Positions 23,111 through 34,338 of a DNA stretch of 64,000 bases are shown piece by piece. The notes beneath the pieces were generated by a model, which searched no databases, was not told the DNA's origin, and saw nothing but the letters and a program-made list of their open reading frames with translations. The stretch comes from Rhodospirillales bacterium. Its GTDB lineage: Bacteria; Pseudomonadota; Alphaproteobacteria; Bin95. Numbering within the stretch: position 1 is the stretch's first letter; the number at the start of each line of letters is the position of its first letter. Both the position numbers and the translations under genes were made by a program. The DNA lies in the NCBI GenBank assembly GCA_038143065.1, contig JAYQLI010000035.1:2112894-2176893 (forward strand), given 5' to 3'.

Positions 23111-24005
23111 GTGTTACCCGGCCATCTTGAACAGTTTTTTGAGATGCTTCTTGCAGAGCGGGGAGCAGCCAAAAACACAATAGAGGCCTACCGCCGCGAC
23201 TTAGTTGCCGTTACTGAATATCTCCAACCACAAGCTTTAGATACTATCACCTCTGTTGGACTTACAGATTACTTAAGTTCGATTGCTGAGGGGGAATGAG
23301 TCCGCGTACCAGTTCTCGGCGGTTATCAGCTTTGCGTCAGTATTTTGGGTTTCTCGTTCAAGAAGGTATCCGGACCGACAACCCAACCATTAAAATTGAC
23401 AGGCCAAAGCTTGGGCGACCTTTGCCAAAATACCTAACAGAATTTGAAGTGGGTGCCTTGCTGACAGCTGCACGCTCACAGCGCGGACGAAATGGAAGAC
23501 GATTAACTTTAATTGTGGAGCTGCTTTACGCAACTGGGCTGAGGATATCTGAGCTCGTGACATTGCCAGCTAGTGCGGCAAAGGCACAGGATGCGTTGAT
23601 AATTTATGGTAAAGGGGAAAAGAGCGCCTAGTGCCGCTTGGAAGCCAGGCAATCTCAGCAATGCAATATTATGAAAAAGACAGAAACTCGTTTTCTATGG
23701 GCCAAGGTGACAGCCCGTGGTTATTTCCATCGCGAGGAAAGGGTGGTCATATATCAAGAAGACGAGTTGGGCAGATGCTTGATGAGTTAGCGGTTGAGGC
23801 TGGTATCGAGGTGCAAAAAGTGTCGCCTCATGTCCTTCGTCACGCTTTTGCAACTCATCTACTGCATAATGGGGCAGATTTGCGAACGGTGCAGGAGCTT
23901 CTAGGACATGAAGACCTCTCAACCACAGAAATATACACTCATATTCTAGACGAAAGAATGAAAAGCCTTGTTCTGCAAAAGCATCCCTTAGCCACTGAGG
24001 AATAG
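23111..24005 (+). CDS. xerD: Tyrosine recombinase XerD (two apparent frameshifts)
   Basis: [52 protein letters not shown]. Confidence 0.92.
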
Positions 24006-24066
24006 AGCAGGATTTCTAATCTCCACCGTTACGGCCAAGATAATCACCATTTTCGAGATGTAGAAA

Positions 24067-24933
24067 TTAAGTCAATAATTCCTGTGGGTTGCTGAAAGAG
24101 CTTCTAAACCGTTCACGCAATTTGTTCAGGGCTCGTTTTTCAAGTTGGCGAACACGCTCTTTACTCACACCCAACTCTGCCCCAAGAGCTTCGAGAGTCA
24201 GTGTGTCTTCCTCTAATAACCTGGCTTGAATTATGCGTGCCTCTCGTACCGGTAAGTCTGAAAGAGCACTCTGCACCCAATCAGATCGTATTTCGGCATC
24301 TTTGGCTTCTATTGTAACAGCTTCTGGAGTCGGGCGGTCATCTACCAGGTAGTCTTGCCAAGAAAGATCAGTCTCTTCTCCCACAGGAGCATTCAACGAT
24401 TGGTCCGACGCAGATAATCGGGCCGACATACCATGTACATCACGCTCTGGTACCTTTAATTCCGCTGCGATTTCTTTGCGCCCCGCGTCATCAAGTAACT
24501 TTCCTGTACGACCCTCAATCCTGGCGCGAAGCCGACGGAGATTGAAGAAAAGGGATTTTTGCGATGATGTTGTTCCCGTTCTTACTATCGACCAGTTTCT
24601 CAGAATGTAGTCTTGCATTGCAGAACGCACCCACCAGGAAGCGTAGGTAGAAAATCTAATATCACGCTCTGGTTCAAAGCGCGCGGCTGCCTGCATAAGA
24701 CCAACGTTGCCCTCTTGGATCAGATCAGCAAGTGGCAGTCCATAATTGCGAAACTTAACGGCCATACCAGCTACAAGACGACCATAAGAAGTAATCAATT
24801 CGTGTAGGGCTAGCTCGTCTTCTTCGTCACGCCAGGCCTTAGCTAAGGAAAGTTCCCGCTCTCGAGTGAGCAGAGGAGTGCTCATCGATGATCGGACCAG
24901 GCGCATTCCGTTGTTTTGCGATATATGGGTCAT
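24067..24933 (-). CDS. rpoH: RNA polymerase sigma-32 family factor (RpoH2-like)
   Basis: DLIQEGNVGLM, RFSTYASWW, RpoH box QKSLFFNLR, SKERVRQLE. Confidence 0.9.
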   Translation of the reverse strand: MTHISQNNGMRLVRSSMSTPLLTRERELSLAKAWRDEEDELALHELITSYGRLVAGMAVKFRNYGLPLADLIQEGNVGLMQAAARFEPERDIRFSTYASWWVRSAMQDYILRNWSIVRTGTTSSQKSLFFNLRRLRARIEGRTGKLLDDAGRKEIAAELKVPERDVHGMSARLSASDQSLNAPVGEETDLSWQDYLVDDRPTPEAVTIEAKDAEIRSDWVQSALSDLPVREARIIQARLLEEDTLTLEALGAELGVSKERVRQLEKRALNKLRERFRSSFSNPQELLT

Positions 24934-25046
24934 ATGAAGTCCCTTCCTGGAGCAACATTATTTGCAACTCATAAAGAGATACGATGCTTTTAGCTTTGCG
25001 GATCACCCGCATACACATTTTGAATTTAAATTTAAAACCAAAACGC

Positions 25047-25074
25047 AAAAAGCAGCTGACGGTTAGCCAGCTGC
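25047..25074 (-). terminator. Intrinsic terminator after carD
   Basis: On minus strand GCAGCTGGC-TAACC-GTCAGCTGC followed by TTTTT. Confidence 0.7.
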
Positions 25075-25102
25075 CCTTCTAAATCACAGTCGCTTTTTAG
25101 GT

Positions 25103-25606
25103 TTAAGCTGCAGCTGATCGCAATTGGGCTACGATTTTTTCTTCTGCTGCCGCTTCATCAATTTTATCAATGGCAGCTACCTCACGAGTAAGCCTCTCCA
25201 ATGCAGATTGATAAATCTGACGCTCACTATATGACTGATCAGGTTGGTCAGCGTTTCTATGAAGGTCTCGCACTACTTCGGCAATCGACACTGGATCGCC
25301 AGAGTTAATCTTAGCTTCATACTCTTGCGCCCGACGGCTCCACATCGCTCGACGAACCCGAACCTTTCCAGTCAGAGTTTTCATTGCGACTTGAATATCT
25401 TTTTTAGAAGAGAGACTTCTAAGGCCCGCAGACTCAAGCTTGTCTAATGGAATCCGTAAGGTCATTTTCTCTTTTTCAAACTCTACAACTAGTAATTCTA
25501 GCTTTTCGCCAGCAATTTCTTGAGTTTGAACAGCTTTCACCTGACCGACCCCGTGTGCCGGATAGACAACGTAATCGCCAGTGCGATGTTTAGCAGCTTT
25601 GCTCAT
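25103..25606 (-). CDS. carD: CarD family transcription factor
   Basis: VVYPAHGVG, MWSRRAQEYEAKINSG, QSYSERQIY. Confidence 0.96.
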   Translation of the reverse strand: MSKAAKHRTGDYVVYPAHGVGQVKAVQTQEIAGEKLELLVVEFEKEKMTLRIPLDKLESAGLRSLSSKKDIQVAMKTLTGKVRVRRAMWSRRAQEYEAKINSGDPVSIAEVVRDLHRNADQPDQSYSERQIYQSALERLTREVAAIDKIDEAAAEEKIVAQLRSAAA

Positions 25607-25969
25607 CAGTAATGTATAAGCCTCGATTTTAATATGGTCAGATTATGATATGTACACGAAATGGTGAGGAAACACCTGTTTCACACGTCTAGATCTTAAC
25701 GGTCTGTACTACAAAATTATGATAAAAAAAAGATAAATGTGAAAACGATATGATTAGAAGGTCAAAAATAAAAAGTATATAAAAAACAATTTCTACAACA
25801 CAAAACAAAAATGAAATCTAAATCTAATAAAAAATTACAACACTCTAGGTTTTAATTTTTGTACGATTTTATAATTGAATTTTAAATTTACGGATTCATT
25901 GTTTTAAAGTTTAATTTATAATTAATCACAACAGAATTTTTCCAAAATATTTTTTTAAATACACTATTA

Positions 25970-27058
25970 TTATTTGCTCAATACTTTTCGGATACCTTCT
26001 AGTCCTGAATAACTAGCATCGATAATACCAAACTCGGTAATAAGGCCAGAGATGAGATGTGCCGGTGTAACATCGAAGGCATCATTGCGTGCATGGCTGC
26101 TAGTGGGGGTTAAACGCACCTTTTGACGACTCCCATCATTGGCTTGGCCCCAAATATGGGTGACCTCGTCTTCTGCTCGTTGTTCGATCGGGATTTGCAA
26201 TCCGTCTTCGAGTGTCCAGTCAATGGTTGGGGTTGGTAGAGCTACATAGAAAGGGATTTGATTGTCTTTGGCTGCAATGGCCTTGAGATAGGTTCCTATT
26301 TTGTTGCAAACGTCACCGTTCGCTGTTGTTCGATCGGTGCCAACGATGCATAGATCCACCAGTCCCCTTTGCATCAAGTGACCGCCAGCGTTATCTACAA
26401 TTACATGGTGCGGAATTCCGTGAGCGCCTAGCTCCCATGCCGTGAGTGCTGCACCGTGATTTCGGGGGCGGGGTTCATCAACCCAAACGTGTACATCAAG
26501 TCCTGCCTCATGGGCTTTATAAATTGGAGCAAGCGCTGTGCCCCAGTCTACAGTGGCAATCCATCCAGCATTACAATGGGTCAATATATTGACTGGAGAG
26601 TTATTCTTTTTACCCGAAGCAATACTGCGAATAACTTCAAGCCCATGGTTACCAATGGCCTCATTAATAGCTACATCCTCATCGGCAATGGACGCAGCCT
26701 CGGACATTGCAACTGACGCACGGTTCGAAACTAACTGTCCAATAAGGCGACTGTGCATGCGCTCCAATGCCCAGCGAAGGTTGATTGCTGTTGGTCGAGT
26801 AGACAAAAGGGCTTTGAATGCCTTCTCAAGGTTGGTATCGCTGGGATTTTCTTTGAGAGCTATCGCTAAACCATAAGCGGCAGTAGCTCCAATCAATGGG
26901 GCACCCCGCACTTGCATGTCGCAAATCGCTGTGATTACCGAAGTGAGGTCTGCCAGTTCTTTTATTTGGACTTCATGTGGAAGCAACGTCTGATCTATAA
27001 TCCAAATACGGCCATCATTCTCCCAAATTGAGCGATAACTCTTTCCGTCGATTTTCAT
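25970..27058 (-). CDS. mtnA: S-methyl-5-thioribose-1-phosphate isomerase
   Basis: [42 protein letters not shown]. Confidence 0.95.
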   Translation of the reverse strand: MKIDGKSYRSIWENDGRIWIIDQTLLPHEVQIKELADLTSVITAICDMQVRGAPLIGATAAYGLAIALKENPSDTNLEKAFKALLSTRPTAINLRWALERMHSRLIGQLVSNRASVAMSEAASIADEDVAINEAIGNHGLEVIRSIASGKKNNSPVNILTHCNAGWIATVDWGTALAPIYKAHEAGLDVHVWVDEPRPRNHGAALTAWELGAHGIPHHVIVDNAGGHLMQRGLVDLCIVGTDRTTANGDVCNKIGTYLKAIAAKDNQIPFYVALPTPTIDWTLEDGLQIPIEQRAEDEVTHIWGQANDGSRQKVRLTPTSSHARNDAFDVTPAHLISGLITEFGIIDASYSGLEGIRKVLSK

Positions 27059-27944
27059 TTATTAAGCACCCTGCCCGCCACTGCATCGAGCATACTGATT
27101 AACTGTGGGTTTCGCTTTTCGGGCGGCGTAACTATTGCAACATCCAACGCTGTTTGACAGCCAGCGTGACAGGTCTGTGTGCGTTTGCCTAAGGCTGGGA
27201 CAATATTTTTAATAATAGAACGAGCTTTAGCTGCATTTTCATGCAGGACTTTGATTACAGCATCGACCGTAACGTCATTGTGTCCCTCATGCCAGCAATC
27301 ATAGTCTGTCACCATTGCGACGGTGGCGTAGCAAAGTTCGGCCTCACGGGCGAGTTTTGCTTCGGGCATGTTGGTCATGCCAATAACATCACAGCCCCAA
27401 GCTCTATACAGTTGTGACTCTGCTCGTGTGGAAAATTGAGGTCCCTCCATTGCCAGATAGGTACCACCTCGGGTCACCGTTACTCCTGAAGCTGCGGCTG
27501 CAGCCTCTAGCGCATCACCCATTCGGGTACAAACGGGGTCACCTAGCGCAACGTGTGCGACGCAACCCTCGTCAAAAAAACTTTTTTTCCTGGAAAATGT
27601 CCGATCGATAAACTGATCAACAATCACAAAATGCCCTGGAGGAAGTTCTTCCTCAATGAACCTACCGCAGAAAGCGAGAGAAGCTCTGTGGCGCCGGCAC
27701 GCTTGAGAGCATCAATATTAGCTCGATAGTTTACAGCGCTCGGGGGGAGATGATGGTTGCGCCCATGCCTAGGCATAAATAAGACGGCCTGACCGTCGAG
27801 GACGCCTTCCATGATCTCGTCGGAAGGTGTTCCGAATGGAGATTCTATTTTTCTCCAACGTCGCTCCTCAAGCCCATCAATATCATAAAGCCCACTGCCG
27901 CCGAGTATCCCAATTACTGGTGGCGTGCCAGGTTTTGCCGTCAT
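27055..27944 (-). CDS. mtnP: S-methyl-5'-thioadenosine phosphorylase (frameshift near 27650)
   Basis: [50 protein letters not shown]. Confidence 0.95.
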
Positions 27945-27969
27945 GTTTTCGCCCCTACCCAGAAAACCA

Positions 27970-28002
27970 AAAGGCCGTTGCAATACATTTACAACGGCCT
28001 TT
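27970..28002. terminator. Hairpin/terminator after petC
   Basis: AAAGGCCGTTG-N11-CAACGGCCTTT inverted repeat. Confidence 0.65.
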
Positions 28003-28026
28003 GTACAACGTTTTAAACGTAGTTGG

Positions 28027-28839
28027 TTAGTGCACTTTTCGCCAAACTTCACGCTTCGCGAGGTACAGTAGAATGGTTAATATCACTAAGAAGATGATAA
28101 CTTTAAAACCAGTCTGTTTCCGTTCTTCTAACTTTGGCTCTGCAACGAAAGCAAGAAAATTGTTTATGTCAGTCGTCATTTGTTCGACTGTTGCTGGTGT
28201 GCCATCATTGTAAGTGACTGCATCTGGTGACAGAGGTGGCGCCATACTAATTTGGTAGCCTGGGTAATAGGCATTGTAGTAACGGCCTTCCCCGACTTCA
28301 CACCCTGCAGGTGCATCCATGTAACCACCAAGAATTTTTGGAATATGGGCCTCAAAATCAGGGCGAGCTTTCACTATTAGGCTAAGGTCAGGAGGATAAG
28401 CACCTCCGTTGGCCGCCGCCGCTGCTTTTATGTTCGGAAAAGGATTTGGAAATTTATCCGATGGAAGCGCTTTTCTTAATACAATTTCGCCCTCGTCATT
28501 AGGCGCAGCAGGGACTTCGTATTCCAACGCTACCCCTTTGATCTCGTCTTCAGTCGCGCCAAGCGCTGACAAGTTCCGGAATGCAAAAAGGTTGAGGGAG
28601 TGGCATGAGGCACACACTCCTCTGTAAACCTCAAAACCACGAAGGGCTGAATCGTGGTCATAGTGTCCAAAAATCCCCTGAAAAGACCACTTTTGCTCTG
28701 GAATTGTGGGAGGATTTTTTGGAGTGCAAGCAGTTTTTTTTCCAGCTCCCGCTGCGTTCGCAGCGGATAAGGTAATGCTTGCAGACGCAAGAACAATTAG
28801 ACCTGCAAACAAGCAGGAAGAAATTTGTTTAAGGGTCAT
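28027..28839 (-). CDS. petC: Cytochrome c1
   Basis: RGFEVYRGVCASCH, PPDLSL, ISMAPPL, C-terminal TM helix. Confidence 0.96.
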   Translation of the reverse strand: MTLKQISSCLFAGLIVLASASITLSAANAAGAGKKTACTPKNPPTIPEQKWSFQGIFGHYDHDSALRGFEVYRGVCASCHSLNLFAFRNLSALGATEDEIKGVALEYEVPAAPNDEGEIVLRKALPSDKFPNPFPNIKAAAAANGGAYPPDLSLIVKARPDFEAHIPKILGGYMDAPAGCEVGEGRYYNAYYPGYQISMAPPLSPDAVTYNDGTPATVEQMTTDINNFLAFVAEPKLEERKQTGFKVIIFLVILTILLYLAKREVWRKVH

Positions 28840-28874
28840 TTTCCTTCGTTCCTTCAAGCGCTGGAGCCGGATGG

Positions 28875-30073
28875 CTACGGATTTGAAATACTCAAATGAA
28901 GATCAATCGGCCGCTCATATAAGCCAAGAAGGGGCAGCAGGATGATGAAGTGGGCAAAATAATAGACAGTACCAAGTCTAGACAACACAACCCAGATACC
29001 CTCTGCGGGCATTGCTCCACAGAAGCCTAATAAAATACAGTCTGCTAACAGCACCCAAAACAGAACGAAGTATACGGGGCGGAATTTCGCTGACCGGATT
29101 GGTGAACGATCCAACCATGGGAGCACGAAGAGCACTGCAATTGCGGCAAACATTGCAATAACACCACCCAATTTATCTGGCACAGCTCTTAGGATTGCGT
29201 GAAAGGTAAGAAATACCATTCGGGAACAATGTGGGCAGGGGTCACTAAAGGATTTGCCTCAACGTAGTTGTCAGGGTGACCCATATAATTAGGGGCAAAA
29301 GATACCACTGCCATGAAGATCGTAAGAAACACTCCCAACCCAAACATATCTTTGATTGTGTAATAAGGATGGAAGGGAATCGTATCACCCTTGTTTTTTA
29401 TATCGATTCCGAGGGGATTGTTTGAGCCGTGCTGGTGCAACGCTGCTATGTGCAAAATAACCACCCCAGCAATCACAAACGGTAGGAGAAAATGCAAAGA
29501 GAAGAAGCGGTTTAGAGTTGGGTTGTCCACTGTAAAACCACCCCAAAGCCATGTGACGATGTTTTCACCAATCAATGGAATAGCCGAGAACAAATTGGTG
29601 ATAACGGTGGCGCCCCAGAAACTCATTTGGCCCCATGGTAAAACGTACCCCATAAAAGCAGTTGCCATCATCAATAACAAGATGACAACACCAAGGATCC
29701 AGAGCAGCTCTCGTGGTGCCTTGTAGGACCCATAATAAAGTCCTCTGAAAATGTGAATGTAAACCACAATGAAGAAGAACGATGCTCCGTTCATATGAAT
29801 ATATCGGATCAGCCAACCAAAATCGACGTCTCGCATAATTCGTTCTACTGAGGCAAAGGCGTAATCCACATGCGCTGTGTAGTTCATCGATAGCACAATG
29901 CCGGAGACAATCATTATCACCAGACAGAAGCCGGCAAGACTGCCAAAATTCCACATGTAGTTAAGATTTCTCGGCGTAGGATACTCATGCAATTCGTGAT
30001 TGAGCATGGAGAACACCGGCAAGCGATACTCAATCCACCGGACGATTGGATTAGAAAATTCAGGTGAGCTCAT
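28875..30073 (-). CDS. petB: Cytochrome b (frameshift near 29200)
   Basis: [36 protein letters not shown]. Confidence 0.97.
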
Positions 30074-30085
30074 CGATTAAATGCC

Positions 30086-30655
30086 TTATCCGATCTTAAT
30101 AACGTTTTCAGATAAGAATTCGTAAGGAGGGACAGCCAAATTATATGGGGCTGGCCCCTTGCGAATTCTGCCGGAGGAATCGTAATGGGAACCATGACAA
30201 GGACAGAACCAGCCATCGTAATCCCCTTTAACATCTCCGGTCTTTTGGCCAAGGGGAATACATCCTAGATGGGTGCAAACCCCGATGATAACAAGCCATT
30301 TGGCTTCACCGGGCAAAACACGCTCTGCATCAGATTGAGGATCTGGTAAATCATCGAGGCTAACACTTTGTGCTTCCTCTATTTCCTTAGAAGTCCGGTG
30401 CCTAATGAAGGTTGGCTTTCCTCGCCAGACCACGGTTATAGATTGCCCCTCAGCAACTGAAGCTACATTTACCTCAGTAGAAGCTAAAGCAAGAGTATCC
30501 GCTGCGGGCCGCAGGTTTGACAGGAAAGGCCAAACTGCAGCGACTGTTCCAACGGCTGCCATTGCGCCTGTTGCCATAAAGAGGAAGTCGCGCCGTCCCT
30601 CATCCATGCCAACATCAGCGTCATGGTTTCCGGCGGCGTGTACCGGCTCCGACAT
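30086..30655 (-). CDS. petA: Rieske iron-sulfur subunit of the bc1 complex
   Basis: Tat motif GRRDFL; CTHLGC and CPCHGS boxes. Confidence 0.98.
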   Translation of the reverse strand: MSEPVHAAGNHDADVGMDEGRRDFLFMATGAMAAVGTVAAVWPFLSNLRPAADTLALASTEVNVASVAEGQSITVVWRGKPTFIRHRTSKEIEEAQSVSLDDLPDPQSDAERVLPGEAKWLVIIGVCTHLGCIPLGQKTGDVKGDYDGWFCPCHGSHYDSSGRIRKGPAPYNLAVPPYEFLSENVIKIG

Positions 30656-30740
30656 AAACTAATACCTCGCAAAAAGGGAAAAAATTACGACTAACACTTA
30701 GCCCAGCCGCACGTGTGAACCCAACCCGTTTGAGGTCCAA

Positions 30741-30755
30741 GCGTCATTATGACGC
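30741..30755. promoter_or_regulatory. Putative RegA/PrrA/RegR-type binding site upstream of petABC
   Basis: GCGTC-ATTAT-GACGC, same GCGNC-N5-GNCGC form as the cox site. Confidence 0.6.
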
Positions 30756-30814
30756 GCGATTTCCGTAACGTTTAATATGTCTAAGATTTTTCGAGAAAGA
30801 AGTCATTATAAGAT

Positions 30815-31264
30815 ATGCGAATTGCTCTAATCCAACCTGAAATTCCTCAAAACGTTGGGTCTGTAATCCGACTTGCCGCCTGTCTTGACGTGAATGTTGA
30901 TCTTATCGGTCCTTTAGGTTTTGTTTTGACCGACAAAAAATTGAGGCGAGCTGGCATGGATTACATTGACCTTGCAAAGATTCGCCGCTTTGACAGCCTG
31001 GAAAACTTTATAAGCATGATGACAGGAAGGCTTATTCTCTTCACCACAAAGGGTGACATTGGGGCCTATAGTTTTACCTATAAAGCAGGAGATGTGCTGG
31101 CTTTTGGTTCGGAAACATCTGGTGCACCTGCTTTAGCTCATTCATCAGCCGCCGCCCGTTTGGCGCTGCCAATGACCGAAGGCGCACGCTCAATGAACTT
31201 AGCCACTGCTGCCGCTTTGGCGCTTGGGGAGGGACTCCGCCAAATTGGTGGATTGCCTCAGTGA
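30815..31264 (+). CDS. trmL: tRNA (cytidine(34)-2'-O)-methyltransferase
   Basis: PEIPQNVG, LRRAGMDY, FGSETSG, RSMNLA. Confidence 0.94.
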   Translation: MRIALIQPEIPQNVGSVIRLAACLDVNVDLIGPLGFVLTDKKLRRAGMDYIDLAKIRRFDSLENFISMMTGRLILFTTKGDIGAYSFTYKAGDVLAFGSETSGAPALAHSSAAARLALPMTEGARSMNLATAAALALGEGLRQIGGLPQ

Positions 31265-31286
31265 ATTCGAAAGGCTCAAGCTAGCT

Positions 31287-32171
31287 ATGATAAATAACGA
31301 AGCACGGAAATCAGAAACGAAGGCTTGGTCTGAGGCGCTGCGAGATAGGATTTGCAACGCCTTCGAACTTATTGAGGAGGAGTTTGCCAAAGGCGCTAAT
31401 ATAAACTTGATGCCAGGCCGGTTTGAACGAGATGCTTGGACCCGCACAGCCAAGAATGATGATCCTGAGTCAGGTCCAGGCGGGGGCGGGGTGATGTCGG
31501 TGATGCGTGGTAACGTATTTGAAAAAGTAGGTGTGAACGTTTCAACGGTTTATGGGGAATTTTCTGACTCTTTCAGAGGTCAAGTTCTTGGCACAAAAGA
31601 TGATCCAACTTTTTGGGCGAGTGGCATCTCGCTCGTTGCTCATATGTGCAACCCTCATGTCCCCGCAGTTCATATGAATACTCGTCATATTGTGACTTCC
31701 AAGGCCTGGTTTGGCGGTGGAGCGGATCTAACACCAATGTTTCCTGAAAATCATCACGATGATGGTGTTCGTTTTCATTCAGCCCTTAAAGCCGCGTGTG
31801 ATAGGGCTAATCCAGATTATTACGAGCGATATAAGGAATGGTGCGATAAGTACTTTTTTCTTCCACATCGGAATGAACCCCGTGGTCTAGGGGGAATATT
31901 TTTTGATGGCTTAGATAGCGGTGAGTGGAAGGCAGATTTTGCATTCGTGCGTGACGTTGGTGAGACATTTTTGGAGGTTTACGCCCATATTGTTAGGGAT
32001 CAAATGAAGCGGGAGTGGACTGACGAAGAAAGGGAGCGTCAATTAATCCGGCGAGGACGTTACGTGGAATTTAATTTGCTCCACGATCGCGGCACTAAGT
32101 TTGGCCTTATGACAGGCGGAAATACCGAGGCCATCTTAATGTCGATGCCACCGGAGGTAAAATGGCCCTGA
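31287..32171 (+). CDS. hemF: Oxygen-dependent coproporphyrinogen III oxidase
   Basis: FEKVGVNVS, NPHVPAVHMNTR, WFGGGADLTP, RGRYVEFNL. Confidence 0.97.
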   Translation: MINNEARKSETKAWSEALRDRICNAFELIEEEFAKGANINLMPGRFERDAWTRTAKNDDPESGPGGGGVMSVMRGNVFEKVGVNVSTVYGEFSDSFRGQVLGTKDDPTFWASGISLVAHMCNPHVPAVHMNTRHIVTSKAWFGGGADLTPMFPENHHDDGVRFHSALKAACDRANPDYYERYKEWCDKYFFLPHRNEPRGLGGIFFDGLDSGEWKADFAFVRDVGETFLEVYAHIVRDQMKREWTDEERERQLIRRGRYVEFNLLHDRGTKFGLMTGGNTEAILMSMPPEVKWP

Positions 32172-32300
32172 ATTAAAATACCAGTATCAAGAGTTCAAAC
32201 TTTTATGCCAAAAATATCATAAGTAACGATTTTATTAAGGCCGCAAATTAAACGCCACCTGGGATCGATGGGATGCTCCTTAAGTTCTTCTCACTATCCC

Positions 32301-33158
32301 TTATCTATTGGACGTCTGCGATGTTTTTTGAAACACAAATCGCCGAAATATGCCATCCAATAAGATCATGTGCGGCACAGTCAGCGCTGCAAGACCAATG
32401 AAAACTACTCGTAGCAGAGCTGATTCCAAGGTCATCACGGAGGTGCACCACCAAAAAACGATGCCACCTATACCCCAGCTAAATGAGGTAAGAAGCAGCG
32501 CTTGTGTGTAAAGCTCGCCCCGAGGCTTGACTGATCTAACAAAGCACCAAATCTGCCAGACATGTCGAGAAGAATGTACAAGGCAAAAATAAAAAGCGAA
32601 GCCGACAAGAGGCGGTGCTTGGGAAAATAAGAAGAGGAGTAGTGAGAGTTCTACTAATCCCGCCCGCCAATGGCGGTCCCGTAGTGCCTTCCACGCATAG
32701 ATTGCTATCGACAGCACAACAATTAGTGAAATGCTATCGATAACAACCCAAACAGGGGCAGCTGAACCACCAGAAAGATAAGCAAAAATCCGGTCAACCT
32801 CGGATCTGTGAAACTGGCTAATACCAGCTACAACCACGCCTCCATGGGCAAACGCCTGCACCCACCGAAGCCAACCACCACTTAGTCGGGCATCACCAAA
32901 ACCAAAGTGCAGAATGCTAATAACTAAAAAAACCATCAACGACATGACTGGGAACTGCAGCCACAGATAAACAACCAAAGTAGCAAGGCCAATATACGGC
33001 AAAGTAAAACGCAATAACGAAGCTAATCGTTTAGAGTAGCCCAAATAGATTGCAATTGCCCCGTCAAAAGCACCGTGCGGCAATCCGATTAACACAACCG
33101 ACAATAAGGCGATTAGATTGGCTAGACCAAGACCTGTAACCAGCGCGTCTACTGCCAT
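32301..33158 (-). CDS. blh: Beta-carotene 15,15'-dioxygenase (Brp/Blh family)
   Basis: GLPHGAFD, ILHFG, LVHSSRH, ALTVPHM His ligands; last gene of PR cassette. Confidence 0.93.
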   Translation of the reverse strand: MAVDALVTGLGLANLIALLSVVLIGLPHGAFDGAIAIYLGYSKRLASLLRFTLPYIGLATLVVYLWLQFPVMSLMVFLVISILHFGFGDARLSGGWLRWVQAFAHGGVVVAGISQFHRSEVDRIFAYLSGGSAAPVWVVIDSISLIVVLSIAIYAWKALRDRHWRAGLVELSLLLFLFSQAPPLVGFAFYFCLVHSSRHVWQIWCFVRSVKPRGELYTQALLLTSFSWGIGGIVFWWCTSVMTLESALLRVVFIGLAALTVPHMILLDGIFRRFVFQKTSQTSNR

Positions 33159-34338
33159 CAAGCATGTCCTGAGGGCGCCTTGTGGCGTGAATAGTTTGGA
33201 ACAAATCCAAATTGGCCGAGTATGAGCAGGACTACTGCTTTCAAAAACACCCATTTTGGCATCGAAAGAACTACTTTTGCTCTTAGCTTCGAGTTGGCTT
33301 CCCCACTAAGGAACAGGGCAAACTCATCGCCACTTAGGGCGCGAGCCATTCGGAGAAATAACCCAGTTGCCACACTAGGCCAATGGCGCAACACAGTGAC
33401 AAACACTTCATCCATCCAAAGATCAAATGTTTTATGAGGACGCTTCACTACCAGCGGTGATCCATGCTTATTGCCCGCAGATTTTGCCAAATCGATGGTC
33501 GCTGCAATTTGTTTTTGGATAAACGTAAATGCATAACCACTGGAAGGCCGAATCGCCCCACCATTGCTACCAATCCCGGTAGTACCCTTTTTATTTGGTG
33601 GTAATCGCCCAAGGGGTATAGCCCCAGCTTCAGTATTGATAATTTGAAAGTCATCAATCCCTAATTCTACCAACAAATATTCACGAATGGCGGATTCAAA
33701 AAAAACATCTGGCTCGCGATGCTGGGCAAACATCGTCGATTCAACTAGCGCTGAGCTGGACGAAAATGGCAATAGGTAAATAAAGTGGATGCCGTGGGAC
33801 TGATCACACCTAAAATCCATCAAGATAGCGGTGGTTGGATCAAAGCTACCTGTTGCCGCATGTATCTCCCAGCCGACGAAATGCTGGATCATTTGGCCTT
33901 TGGGTATCTGCGGGGGCGACTGTCAAGGATCTGGGCCGTCGGATCAGGTTTCACGGTATTTTGGTCAGCAAATATCACGCCACTATTTTTGGCTTGTTGG
34001 CGGCAGTAGGTTTCCCATTTGCTACGGCGCAGAGCGTGATAGCAATGGCTTTCAGATGTCATAACAACACTGCCCTCTGATGTTTTAATACACCAGTTTG
34101 ACCATTTACAATGGGCCAGACCAGCCGCTGTCTCCAACCCTTTAACCTGCCAAAAACCCCAAATGTGGTCTAAAGAGACTGGCGCGTTTTCAGGTCTGAG
34201 GATCATAATTTGGTGGTTAGGCAAAGCATCTGCCTGAGCGGCAAGTGATAGGCCCGCGCACCCATCCCCAATAACATGAACTGATTGAGCGCGATTAGAG
34301 CGCTTCTGCCTAGCTGACTTAGCCAGCTTACCCTGCAT
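33158..34338 (-). CDS. crtY: Lycopene beta-cyclase (frameshift in C run near 33912)
   Basis: IGDGCAGLSLA, LMDFR, FIYLLPFS, ALVEST, RPSSGYAF. Confidence 0.9.

Noticed and set aside
23111-24005. Tyrosine recombinase as a phage or island integrase
   Set aside because: Sequence and aroK-adjacent context match chromosomal XerD; no att repeats or phage genes seen
25607-25969. AT-rich tract as replication origin
   Set aside because: No DnaA-box cluster and none of the usual oriC neighbours (hemE, parAB, dnaA)
28840-28900. Fused cytochrome b/c1 gene (fbcH type)
   Set aside because: petC has its own AAGGA RBS, ATG and signal peptide; a petB tail error cannot be excluded but fusion is unsupported
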